A stretch of DNA of 64,000 nucleotides from positions 5,518,001 through 5,582,000 of the forward strand of contig NC_082717.1 of NCBI RefSeq assembly GCF_030144855.1, written 5' to 3'. Below the pieces are notes generated by a model. It was not told the origin of the DNA and made no database searches. It saw only the letters and a list, made by a program, of their open reading frames with translations. This document shows positions 12,970 through 25,340 of this stretch, in pieces. Numbering within the stretch: the stretch's first letter is position 1; each line of letters opens with the position of its first letter. The translations under genes and the position numbers were made by a program. This DNA is from Hypanus sabinus. Lineage: Eukaryota.

Positions 12970-13314
12970 ATGCCAATCCTCCAGTCCTTATCCAGTCCCC
13001 AAGCCAGGAGCACGTCACTGAGGGGCAATCGGCACGGTTATGGTGCGCCATGAAGAACGCCAGAGCGGGAGACACTGATGTCCACTGGTATCGGAGACGA
13101 CCTGGGCAGGACATGGAGTGGGTCTTAACGCACGAGGCAGGAGAGAGCATACGAGGGAGACCAGGTTTCACTGAGAGGTTCCAGCCCTCCAGGGACTCCT
13201 CCAACAGCAGTTTCATCCTGATGGTCACAAAGGTCGAGGTCAATGACTCTGCCAACTATTACTGCAGAGTGTGGGGAGACATCAGTGGGAACGGAACCCG
13301 GCTCACTGTCATTA
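12970..13314 (+). CDS. V2: single-exon VJ-type IgSF domain
   Basis: Acceptor gttttccccttaaag, donor A|gtaagt, 345 nt, phase 1-1. Translation DANPPVLIQSP...LWC...VHWYRRRPGQDMEWVL...RFQPSRDSSNSSFILMVTKVEVNDSANYYCRVWGDISGNGTRLTVI. No leader or TM exon identified for it. Confidence 0.9.
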
Positions 13315-13719
13315 GTAAGTTCAGTTCACACAATGCAAACTGATTTCTAGTACTGGAGGTATTGAGCATGTATGGGCCAGGACAACAATTCTGTAAATTC
13401 ATTTCTTTAATCTGTGATGTGATTATTCCTAAATGTCTTAAAGATATTAAATCTTTTAGTTTTCATCAACGCACCTGACAAAAATTTTGTGGAATATTGC
13501 TTTTTAATCCAGGATCCTGACTGGATATTATAGCCCAATGACATGGACATGGAATTTTCCAATTTCAGATAGCCCAACCCCGCCCTTTTCCTGGCTGCTT
13601 TTCATATTCCTACCATCTCTTATTCCTCCCAGAATGGCTACCAAGTTCCATTCTTATCACCTACCTGCCTGTCTCACCTACTCAGTGTCCTGCCTCATTC
13701 CCCGGACAAGTTTGGGTTG

Positions 13720-13990
13720 GCTCATTAGTGTACAATGCCTTACAGTACCAGTGGTGTGGGTTCAATTCCCACTGCTGCTGAAAGAAGTTTGGACATTATT
13801 CCATTGATTGCGTAGATTTCCTCTGGGTATTCTGGTTTCTTCCCACAGTCCAAAGACACACAAGTTGGCAGGTTAATTGGTGACTGTAAATTGTCCTGTG
13901 ATTAGGCGTGAATTAAATCAGGGGTCACTAGGTGGTGTGGGTCAAAGGCCAAAGGGCATATTCCATACTGTATCTCAATAAATAAAATCA
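13720..13990 (+). mobile_element. tRNA-derived V-SINE
   Basis: tRNA-like head with ggttcaattccc, central ttcccacagtccaaagac V-domain, and a CR1-like A-rich tail. Confidence 0.7.
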
Positions 13991-14369
13991 AATTAAAGTT
14001 ATATCTACGCATAATTCCTCCCATGTTATTTTCCTTGTCATATTCTGGATGGTGAGGGTGGGGGGTGATACATCTCTACCAAAGGAGGCACAAGGTGCTC
14101 CTTCCCTCTGCTAATCTGGACAAGGTGGACTTATTCACAGTACCTACTTCCTGCCCATGACACCACTGGCATTTGGGGCAGAATGAAGGTCCTCCATCTC
14201 TATGTAGCCCACCCCACCCCAGCAGGGTCACCAGAAGCCATGGGAGCAGGTGGTGGATGGTCGTATGAGCAGCTGGTGCATATCATATGTATTGCATTGA
14301 ACTGCTGCTACTAAGTTAACAAATTTCACGTCACATGCCAGTGATAATAAACCTGATTCTGATTCCGAC

Positions 14370-17030
14370 TTGGATTGCCAAGATCAATCTTATCCTCCAC
14401 ACTGCCAAGAGTCTTATATTCTGCCATCATATTCGACCAACCAAAATGAATCACTTCACACTTATCTGGGTTGAACCCCACCTGCCACTTCTTGGCAAGT
14501 TTTGCATCCTATCAGTGTCCCACTGTAATCCCTGACAGCCCTTCACACTATCCACAACACCCCCAACCTTTGTGTCATCAGCAAATTTACTAACCCGTCC
14601 CTCCACTTCCTCATCCAGTTCATTTATAAAAATCACAAAGAGAAGGGGTCCCAGAACAGATCCCTGAGGTACACCACTGGTGACTGACCTCCATGCAGAA
14701 TATGACCTGTCTACAACCATTCTTTGCCTTCTGTGGGCAAGCCAATTCTGGATCCACAAAGCAAAGTACCTTTGGATCCCATGCCTCCTTGCTTTCTCAA
14801 TATGCATGCATAAGGTACCTTATCAAATGCCTTACTAAAATCCATATACACTACATATACTGTTCTTCCTTTATCAATGTGTTTAGTCACATCCTCAAAA
14901 ATTCAATCAGGCTTGTAAGGCACAACCTGCCCTTAACAAAGCAATGCTGACTATTTATGATCATATTATATCTCTCCAAGTGTTCATAAATCCTGCTTCT
15001 CAGGATCTTCTCCATCAACTTATCAACCACTGAATTAAGACTCACTGGTCTATAATTTCCTGGGCTACATCTATTCCCTTTCTTGAATTAGGGAACATTT
15101 GCAATCCTCCGGAACCTCTCCCATCCCCATTGATGATGCAAAGATCATCGCCAGAGGCTCAGAATCTACTCCTTCACCTACCAGAGTAGGCTGGGCTACA
15201 TCTGGTCCGGTCCCATTGGCTTATCCAACTTGATGCATTCCAAAAGCTCCAGCATATCATCTTTCTTAATGACTATATGCTCAAGAGTTTCAGTCCACTG
15301 TAAATCATCCCTACAGTTGCCAAGATCCTTCTCTGTAGTGAATACTGAAGCAAAGTATTCATTCAGTTCCTCTGCCATCTCTTCCGGTACCATATACACT
15401 TTTCCACTGTCACACTTGATTGGTCCTATTCTCTCATGTCTTATCCTCTTGTTCTTCACATACTTACAGGATGCCTTGGGGTTTTCCTTAATCCTGCTCG
15501 CCAAGGCCTTCTCATGGCCCCTACTGGCTCTCCTAATTTCCTTCTTAAACTCCTTCCTGCTACCCTTATAATTTTCTAGATCTCTATCATTAACTGTTTT
15601 TTTTTTACCTTTCGTAAACTTTTCTTTCTGTCTTGACTAGATTTTCAACAGCCTTTGTACAGCCTTTGACAGAGAATGAGAGCATACCCTCTTCCTTGAT
15701 ATCTGCAAGCTTATACTTTCATTCATTTCATTTTTCAATCTTTTTGTTGATTTTCAGTAAAAAATATACAAATCAGAGAAGTTTAGCAAACAGATAATAC
15801 AAAAGACATATAAACAGCAATAAAGAAAATTATATATTGTCAAACTCAGATAGGTAGTGTTACATTGTTATATATGCAATATAATCAGAAAACCACAACT
15901 CCTCTTAACAAATCGTAAAAAAAAAAAAAATTGGAAGATTTCCCACTAAACTAAATTGGGACAAAAAAAAACGAGAAAAAAAGAAAAGAAAGATTGGGCA
16001 GTCCATTTGAGGATAAAATTAGAAGAAAAAGAGAGATAACATCCTTTGGAGGGATGTGTTTAGAATATTATCTAAAGTTATAGATGTGCATGTTCAACCC
16101 AATTCACTTACGGCCATTTTTGGGATTATTCCAGAGGAAGTAGGTAGAGTATCTGCTTCCGCTCAACATGTGACAGCCTTTTCAACTTTACTGGCCAGGA
16201 GAGCTATCTTGTTATACTGGAAAGAGACTAATCCACCTACCGTTTTTTATTGGCTCTCCTCCATTGTGTCATGTCTAAGCTTGGAGAAAATTAGAAGCCA
16301 GACATTTGATACATCTTTTAATTTTGAGCAAGTCTGGCGACCCTTTATTCAATATTTTCATATGATTGAATTTATTTTTTATTAATTTATTTTTCCTTAT
16401 TCTCTTTAGGGAAGATTCTTATCCGTGAAGGTTTGGAGGTGCTTATACTTTTCAGTCCACTGAAAGTCGTCCCTACAATTGCAAAGATCCTTTCCCATTG
16501 TAAGTACAGAAGCAAACTGTTCATTAAGAACCTCTGTGATCTCCTCCAGTTCTATGGACACTTTTCCACTGTCACACTTGATTGGTCCTTTTCTCTCACA
16601 TATTATCCTCTTGCTCTTCACATACTTGTAGAATGCCTTCTGAGCTGCAGCACCAGACACAGGGCCAAAGACCTGGTCACTGTGACTGACCCCTGGCATG
16701 TCATCCCTCGCAACAGTATCCAAAACGGTACACTTGTTATTGAGGGGCACAGCCACAGGGGGATCTGTACCGGCTGCCCATTTCTATTCCCTCTCCTGAC
16801 CATCACCCATTCACCTGCCTTGGGGTGACTCCCTCCCTGTAACTCCACTCTATCATCTCCTCAGTTTCCCCGATGAGCTCCGGTTCTTTAACACGTTCTC
16901 TGAGGAGCTGCAGCTCGGTGCACCTGGAGCAGATGTGGTTATCTGGGAGTTTTCTGGTACCAGAAGATGGACTCCTGATCTCCCAGTCTCCCTCACTATG
17001 ACCTCTCTGCCTGCACTGCACTCTCTCTGT
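14370..17030 (-). mobile_element. Degraded CR1, interrupted by an L1-like insertion
   Basis: SGVPQGSVLGPLLFVIFIN...KFADDTK RT motifs; the CR1 sequence resumes across 15721-16440. Confidence 0.8.
15721..16440 (-). mobile_element. L1/Tx1-like 3' fragment with 5' inversion and target-site duplication
   Basis: ORF2 C-terminus (LARRAILLYWKE..PPT..WLSSIVSCLSLEKIR) on + at 16056-16385 and a T-rich 3' UTR with tail on - at ~15721-16045. Flanked by gcttatacttt at 15709-15719 and 16441-16451. Confidence 0.75.
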
Positions 17031-17829
17031 AGCTGTTACACTTTATTCTGTATTCTGTTCATGATGTTGTCATGTAATGAAAAGTGTGTAGGACAGGTTT
17101 CTCACTGAATCTCCATCCATGTGATAATCATAAATAGATTCCAATGCTGCTACCAGTCAGTTTTTCATGACACCTGTACACAGACGTACTAGTGTGTTCA
17201 ACATTAAACTCAACTTTGACTTTGGCTGTAACAACCCTCTCACTTCTGAAATGTCCAGGATAAAATAGATTCCATACAGGGTTAAGTTCTTTCAAACACT
17301 CCTGGGCACGGACAGGATGTATTAGATCATTTAGCTTGTACGCTATTGCTGGCAAATTGTCATTATCATCATCATTGTGTCGTATGACGTGGGTGATCAT
17401 TGTCCTGAGACCATGATTATTCTTAGCAATTTTTTCTGCAGAACTTGTTTGTAATTGCCTTCATCTGGGTAGAGACTTTACAAGACGGATAACCCCTGCC
17501 ACTAGCAAGACTTCTCAGAGGTTGAAGTTCTGGAATCAATGGTGACATAACCAAGAGTTGTGATACACATCATCTGCTCATAGACCATCCACCACCTGCT
17601 CCCATGGTTTTACATGATCCTGATCAGGAGCAAAGCAGGTGCTACACCTCACCCAAGGGTGACCAGCAGGCTAGTGGAAGGAAAGAGCACCATACATCTC
17701 CTTTGACGGAAGCATAACTCCATCCCACCACCCAGTACAAATGATAGACAGGTCTAATTACAACATTAAAATAACATTTGCATAGGTACATGGAGCGGAA
17801 TGTTTTGGAGCAATATGGGCCAAAGTCAA

Positions 17830-18830
17830 GCCAATGGGATTCATGTTGATCTCCGTCCCATCCATTGGCTCAAGGTCACCTGACCTACATGGGTCATCTT
17901 TCCTCTGGTAACGTCTGGCTGGTCCTCTACCGGGTCTCTGCTGTTAACACCCATAACAGTCATTATTGCGTTCTTCAGTTCCTCACTTGTTCCCCCACCA
18001 TGTCAATGTATATCTGGCAAAGCTGAGTGTATATTTGGGTGTAAAGACATTATAATGTTTCCTTTCCTTAGAGTCGTTTAGGCCATGTATTATTCTGTAA
18101 TGACTAGTTGCTTGGAAAAGCTCTTCAGGATTGTCTCCGAGCACTCATGTCCCGATATCTTTCGCATTTCTTTTATCTTTAAGCTGTTGTGCCCCAATCG
18201 GTGTGGTGTATGTTATATTCTGATTTTGAGATTTTGATTTGCTCCCCCTGCTCACCCCTCTCTGATAGTAACTAGGGGTGTTAATCGTACAGACGGTAGC
18301 ACCACCTCCCGTTGGTAGAGTGTTGGTGGGAGCTCTTTGGGCAATGGTGTTTTGTAATTATAATAACCGTATCCGGTAGCTTCATCTGCTAAATCATGCC
18401 AAGCAACGTCTCTATATTCCCCCTCCTCCCCCTTTTCAGATCCAAAAGCACATATTATTGCTCACTGTGCAGTGTTGGCCCTGAAGATTTGAATATACTT
18501 TAAACACTTTGCATGATCGTCAGTGTTACTCTCCCTTTCCTGTGCTGATTTCCAAATCACATTCATAGGGGTCTTTAAATCACTGCACTGTTTCCTTAAT
18601 CTTTCCACATCATCCTTCGCCAGTATGGCTGCTTCCTCTAGCTTACATTTTTCTTTAAGTAATTTCTCACATGTCCACTGAAACTGGCTCATATGCATTA
18701 AGCCCATACAGCTCTGACCCTGTACATCAGTCACCCTTTCTCTGTCGGGTTCGACCTACATTTTGAGCCTCTTGTGTTCTCACTGGGCTTCTGCTTTATG
18801 CTGCTTTTCTGTACTTTCCCATCATAACCT
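17830..18830 (-). mobile_element. Degraded gag-like LTR-retroelement fragment
   Basis: Coiled-coil-like ORF 18462-18734 (DDVERLRKQCSDLK...DHAKC) with a broken downstream frame. The resemblance to fish/elasmobranch retroelement Gag is from recall only. Confidence 0.4.
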
Positions 18831-18869
18831 CTCTCACTCAGCTTCAGCTTTATGCCAACATTCAGAAGA

Positions 18870-19610
18870 ACATATGAACATAAGATATAGGAGCAGGAGT
18901 AGGTCATCTGGCCCATTGAGCCTGCTCCGACATTCAATAAGATAATGGCTGATCTGTCCGTAAACTCAGATTCATCTAACTGCCTTTTCCCCATAACCTT
19001 TAATACCCTTACTATGTAAAAGCCTACCTAACACTTTCTTAAATATATTTAGTGAAGCAGCCTCAACTGCTTCCCTGGGCAGAGAATTCCACAGATTCAC
19101 CACTCCCTGAGAAAAACAGTTTCTCTTCATCTCTGTCCTAAATCTTCTCCCCTAAATCTTGAGGCAATGTCCCCTGGTTCTAGTCTCACCTACCAATGGA
19201 AACAACTTTCCTACTTCTATCTGATCTATCCTTTTCAAAGTTTTGTATATTACTATAAGATCCCCTCTCATTCTTTGAACTCCAGAGAGTATAGTCCCAG
19301 ACGACTCAATCTGGTTAACCCCTTTATCCCTGAAATCAACCTGCTGAACCTCCTCTGCACTGCTTCCAAAGCCAGTATATCCTTCCTCAAGTATGGAGAC
19401 CAGAACTGCACACAGTACTCCAGGTGTGGCCTCACCTGTACCCTGTATAGTTGCAGCATGACCTCTCTGCTCTTGAATTCAATCACTCTAGCAATGAAGG
19501 CCAACATTCCGTTTGAGTTCTTAATAATTTGTTGTATCTGTAAGTCAACTTTTTGTGATTCATGAACAAGCACTCCCAAGTCCCTCTGCACAACAGCATG
19601 CGCAGCAGCC
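18870..19610 (-). mobile_element. CR1 3' end
   Basis: RPHLEYCVQFWSPYLRKDILALEAVQRRF plus a (ttcatatg)-type tail. Confidence 0.8.
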
Positions 19611-20137
19611 TTTCACCATTTAAATAATAATCAGCTCATTTTCCGATTCTAACCTATGCCCTTCTGTTTTATTATTTTGTAGTAATCCTATCAAATCTTC
19701 AATTAAACAACAACTGCTATTGGCATTTGTAATAGTTTAAACTTCCTGCTCGATAGCTTCGCTTGGGCGATTTTCCATAGATTATCACCAGCAGTTTTCC
19801 CTTCACAGCCAGAGTGACTGACACACTCCTCATATTGTGGCCATTTCCCCAACATGTGTTCCTGGAGGTATACCCTCCAATCAAGTAAATTCAAATCCTT
19901 TGGACTTGCAGAATTTCCTGAATTCTTCATCCTGGGTCAGTAACCATGAACTACACAGCCCCAGATCTCTGTACCTCTCTTTCTTTATCAATCTTTTTAT
20001 TAATTTTAAAAAAGTACATATATATAAACAAGAGGGAAATTATCTCAAATATCTATATCAATAACAATTCATATAGAAGGTAAAATAAACATTATCAAAA
20101 GCATACACAAGGAAATCTGCAGATGCTGGAAATTCAA

Positions 20138-20330
20138 GCAACACACACAAAATGCTGGTAGAATGCAGCAGGCCAGGCAGCATCTATAGGCAGAAGACGT
20201 TTCGCGCCGAGACCCTTAGTCAGGACTGACAACGTCCTGATGAAGGGTCTCTGCCTGAAATGTTGACAGTGTTTCTTCCTTTAGATGCTGCCTGGCTTGC
20301 TGTGTTCCACCAGCATTATGTGTGTGTTGC
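20138..20330. repeat. Palindromic pair of Penelope-type pseudo-LTR fragments with hammerhead-like cores
   Basis: Two ~90-nt arms in inverted orientation around the spacer tgacaac. CTGATGA at 20237-20243 and GAAA at 20257-20260 in the right arm. Confidence 0.7.
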
Positions 20331-21934
20331 TTTTATCAAAAACATACATAGTATTAATCTAAAAGTATATAATAAAAAATAAAATAATCAATTCTCCTCC
20401 TATCATTCCATGAAAAGAAGAGAAAAGATAAAGAAACTTTTATAATTTTTATATACATAAAAAAACCCACTGAACAAAAGAAAACAAAAAAAGTAAAAGA
20501 GGGAAAAAAGGAACTGGGCAGCTCATACTGAGAGTAAAAGCAAGAAAAAAAGATAAACTTCCTGATCAAATCCAAAGTTTCAAGAAAGTAACTGGAAGAT
20601 CAATAAATCAAACCATATGAAAATATTAAATAAAAGGTCAACAGGATTCTGCAAATTTAAAGAATGTATCAAATATCTGACTTCTTATTAGATCTCTGTA
20701 CCTCACCCCAAACAGGTGCATAGTGGAACATCAGCACTAACCACTGGAATATTTCTACCTTTCAAAGAATTGATTATGGATTTCAGATAGAGTAAGACAA
20801 GGGAACACACTCAACGGTCCTCACAGAGGGATCAGAAGTGGAAAGAGTGAGCAATTTCAAGTTGCTGGGTGTCAGCTTCTCTGAGGAGCTATCCTGGGCC
20901 CAACATTTTGATGCAGTTACCAAGAAGGCATGGCAGCCGCTATATCTCCTTTGGAGTTTGAGGAGATTTGTATGTTACCAAAAACACTCACACCATTGTC
21001 AGGGCAGAAATGCATCCTCCCACCTCGTTTCAGTGGGATGATGGACCAGCAGCGCCCTCTGGTGGTTGTGGTGCTACATGACAAACACTTCACTTCACCA
21101 CAGCCACACACAAAGTGCTGCAGGAGCTCAGCCGGTCCGGCAACATCGGGGGAGGGGAATGGACAGACGACATTTCAGGTCGAGATCTTTCCTCACAGAA
21201 CAGATTGGTTTCAATATTTGGGAATTTACAGTCTGAGAATGGAGAATCAAATATTAATGAAGAGGCTGAATGGGAGAAAGGAGGGAAGACTTAAGAGGAA
21301 GATCTAATGAGTAGGATCTAAGAGTACTTTGAAGTGCCATCATTGTTGTTGATAAAACATAAACATCTAATACACTGCAAGAAGTGAGAGAATGTAAGAA
21401 GTGAGAGCTGTGCAATGTAAAGGACTTTGATATACTGGTTGCATCTCACCATGTAATGGGCAACATCTGCAGTTGGAAATGTAAAGACCATAAAACACAG
21501 GACAGAATTAGGCCATTTGGCCCATCATGTCTCCCTGACAATTCAGTCATAGCTGACCTTTTTTTCACCTCCTCAGCCCCAATCCCCAACCTTCACCCTA
21601 TAACCTTTGATGTGTTGTCCAGTCAAGAACCGATCAGGCTCTGCCTTAAATACCTGGCCTCCAAGGCTGCCTGTGGTAATAAATTCCACAAATTCACCAA
21701 CGTCCAGTTAAAGAAATTTCTCCACATCTCTCTTTTAAATGGATGCTCCCCTATCCTGAGATTGTCCCAGCTCGTCCTAGACTCCCCCACCATAGGAAAC
21801 ATATAACAAACAAGAGAAATCCAAGTAACACACACAAAATGCCTGAAATATTGAATGTAATTTTTCCATAGTTTCTGCCTGGATGGCTGAGTTCTTCCAG
21901 CATTTTGTTTGTGCTGATGGGATATTGGTTGTGT

Positions 21935-24080
21935 TGTGTTGATCCTTTCCACATCTATTTTGTCTAGGCCTTACAACATTTGAAAGGCTTCAATGAGAAC
22001 CCCCCTCATCCTTCTAAATTCCAAGAAGTACCCAGACCCAGGGCCATCAACTGTTCCTTGTATGATAACCCTTTCATTCCCAAAATTATCCTTGTGACCC
22101 TCCTCTGAACCTCTCCAATGTAAGCACAGCTTTTCTGAGATGAGGGGCTCAAAACTGTTCACAATACTCAAGGTGAGGCCTCCCCACTGCCTTGTGAAGC
22201 CTCAGCATCGTATCCTTGCTCTTGTATTCTAGACATCTTGAAATGAATGCGAACAGTGCCTTTGCCTTCCTCACCACCAACTCTACCTGCACGTTAGACT
22301 TTAGGGTGTTCTGTACAAGGACATCCAAGTCCCTTTGCATCTCAGATTTGTGGATTTCCTTTTGGTTAGTCTGCACATTTATTTCTACTACCAAAGTGCA
22401 TAACCATACATTTTGCAACATTGTATATCATTTGCCACCCTTTTGTCCATTCTCTGTATGTGACAAAGTCCTCCTGCACCCTACCTGTTTCATCCACCGT
22501 ACCTGCTGCTCCACCAGTCTTCATATCATCTGCAAACTTGGCAACAAAGCCACCTACTTCATCATCTAAATCATTTATACACAGCATAAACAGAAGGAGT
22601 TCATACACTGACCCCTGCAGAACACACTATTCACTGGCAGCTGAACAGAAAAGGATCCTTTTATTCCTACTCACTACCTCCTACCAATCAACCAATGCTC
22701 TAACCATGCCAGTAACTTTCCTGTAATACCATGGTCTCTTAACTTGGTGAGCAGCCTCGTGTGTGGCACCTTGTCAAAGGCCTTATGAAAGTCCAAATAT
22801 ACAATATTCACTGCATCCCCTTTATCCCTCCTATTTGTAATCTCCTCAAAGAATTCCAACAGGTTTGTCAGACAAGAATTTCCCTTCAGGAAACGACACT
22901 GACTTTGTCCTATCTTGTCCCATGTCACTAAATACTCCATAAGCATATTCTTAACAAATGATTTCAACATCTTCCCAACCATTGAGGTCAAGCTAATTGG
23001 TCTATAGCAGAGGTCGGCAACCTGCGGCTCCAGAGCCACATGCGGCTCTTTGATCTCTGTGATGCGGCTCCCCGTGGTTTGTTAGCTTTTGAAATGTAAT
23101 TCGAAATTTGAAGATTATGGTGCTCTTGTACAATCTGAAAACTTTGCGGAGACACCGTTTCCTGGCACATCCGAACCGGCTCACAATTAGCCACCGTTCC
23201 GACTAAGGGAGATAGCCTACGGGGGTTTGTGAGTACGTGTCTTTTGGAGCATCCGCGCCCACGGGGACCGGTTGAGGGAGGCTTTAAAGCAAGGCTGTTT
23301 AGTTCGAATAAAGTTACCTTTGACTGCAGTGTCTTTATTTTAGCGCTGCGTGTAGCACACCGCTACAACGTGTTTTTTTATCACTATTAATATACATCAC
23401 AACTGCCAATGCCTGACGCCCGCCAGTGCGCGCATTCTTTTAATTCTTCGATCCAAGGTAGGCTACCTACGGAGTAACCTTCAACCCAACGTCTTTTTTT
23501 CGGAGTTCAAAATGTTTTTGTTGCATGCAGAAATGTAATTTCGTTTTCTCTGCAGGAGTTCATCAATTTCATAAATGCAACACATTATAGTTTGTTTATA
23601 CATAGCATAAAGGCAAAAAAAAACCGTTGTATGCAGTGTTATTTCATTTTGTGGCTCCCAGTGTTTTCTTTTCTGTGGGAAATGGGTCCATATTGGCTCT
23701 TTCAGTGGTAAACGTTGCCAACCCCTGGTCTATAGTTTCCTTGCTGTGTCTTCCACCTTTCATTAAGAGTGGAGTGACGTTTGTAATTTTCCAGCCTTTT
23801 GGCACCATGTCAGAGTCTAATGAATTTTGAAAGATCATTGTTAATGCCTCCAAAATCTCTACTGCTATCAAAACCCTAGGTACAGTTGAGCTGGTCTGGG
23901 TGACTTATGTACCCTTAGGTCTTGCAGCTTTTTGAGCACCTTCTCCCTTGTAACAGTATCTGCACTCTTCCCTCAAACCCCTCAACATCTGGCACACTGC
24001 TAGTGTCTTCCATAGAGAAAAACGATGCAAAATACTCATTTAGTTCAGCTGCCATCTCCTTGGCCCTTGTTATTATTTCT
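21935..24080 (-). mobile_element. Degraded CR1 ORF2, interrupted by a hAT MITE
   Basis: CLTNLLEFFEE...YLDFHKAFDKVPH and KFADD motifs. Confidence 0.8.
23008..23727. mobile_element. Non-autonomous hAT (Charlie-type) DNA transposon, 720 bp
   Basis: TIRs CAGAGGTCGGCAAC / GTTGCCAACCCCTG (12/14 match), perfect 8-bp TSD GTCTATAG (23000-23007 and 23728-23735), and subterminal TGCGGCTC repeats. Confidence 0.92.
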
Positions 24081-24939
24081 CCGGGCAGAAGATATGGAGA
24101 TCCTGAGATGCCCAGTCATCAAGATCCCCCTCTCAACCTCTCCAGTGTAGTCCAAAGGAAAGCTAATGAAGCAGTACATTTGGCAATAGCTTAGCAGCAG
24201 GAGCTGCTGGAAGGATATTAAATAAATTCCAGCCACCTTAGGGTTTCCACTCTGGATTTATTGAATGGGTTTGGTCCTGTATCCTTCATCTCTCCCAACG
24301 TTCCCCATAGGGAAGTGGGGAGATCTACCCATTGCTGGAGACCTGGTTCAAGAACATCAGGACATGCCCACACCCCGATGGGCCTGCATGCTATGTGTGC
24401 TGGGTCCAGACCTCCTCCCTTTCATCTGAAGTTCAGCTTGAATCCGAAGTTTGTTCTGTTTCCGGGTGTCGCCAGTAAGGAGGCTCTACATGAGGCTTGC
24501 TGTTGAAGAGACTCTGTACTGGCAGGGAGAGACCTAAACATTCAGCTCTCCTTTTCACAAGACTGTTCGCCAGCAGGGAAAGCTGAAACTGAGAGCGATA
24601 AGCACTATTCACTGAACTATCACACTAGATGCATCACAACAACCATTTTGACACCTATTTGTACAGAGTGTTGGTGTAAAATGCACTGATTGTAAACATA
24701 TTAAAAAGAGGAATAATTGTTTAAAGGGAAAATAATGATAACGTATCTCCAGATATTTTGGAATTCTGCATGGGAATTGCATAATTACCCATAATTATTC
24801 ATCATTAGGAAATATATATCATCATAATTCTCAAAATAAATATAAGTACACAAAATAATGTGGGGTAAATGATCGGGTAAATGCAAGCAGGCCTTTTCCA
24901 TTGAGGTTGGGTGAAACTAGAACTAGGGATCATGAGTTA

Positions 24940-25340
24940 AAGGTGAAAGGTGTGGGGAGGGGAAGGAGGACAATCTGAAAAGCTATAGGTTAGTGGGGAG
25001 GGGGCAGTGAAGTAAGAAGCGGGGAGTTTATAGGTGGAACAGGCAAAAAGCTGGAGAAGGAACCTGACAGGAGAAGAGATGGACCATGGAGGAAGGGCAC
25101 CAGGTAAAGGTGATAGACAAATGAGGAAAAGGGAAGAAATAGGGCAAGGGTGGGGTGGGTCAGCGTGGGGAAGGGAAGAAGAGGGAAGTGGAAGGGTGAA
25201 AATATCGACGTTGGGGAAATCAATGTTCATGTCATCAGGTGGAGGCTACCCAGACAAAGTATGAAGAGTTCATCTCCAACCTGAGAGAAGTCTCATCATG
25301 ACAGAAGAGGAAGCCATGGGCCGACATGTTGGAATGAAAT
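24940..25340 (-). mobile_element. Penelope-like element 3' fragment (GIY-YIG C-terminus)
   Basis: HSNMSAHGFLFCHDETSLRLE...MNIDF. Related fragments occur at ~33500-33860, ~35130-35520 and ~42230-42640. Confidence 0.65.

Noticed and set aside
17128-17400. ORF with FYPG and VYRC resembling a C1 domain
   Set aside because: Cys/Trp spacing does not fit an Ig fold, the N-terminal part is SINE-derived, and splice sites are poor.
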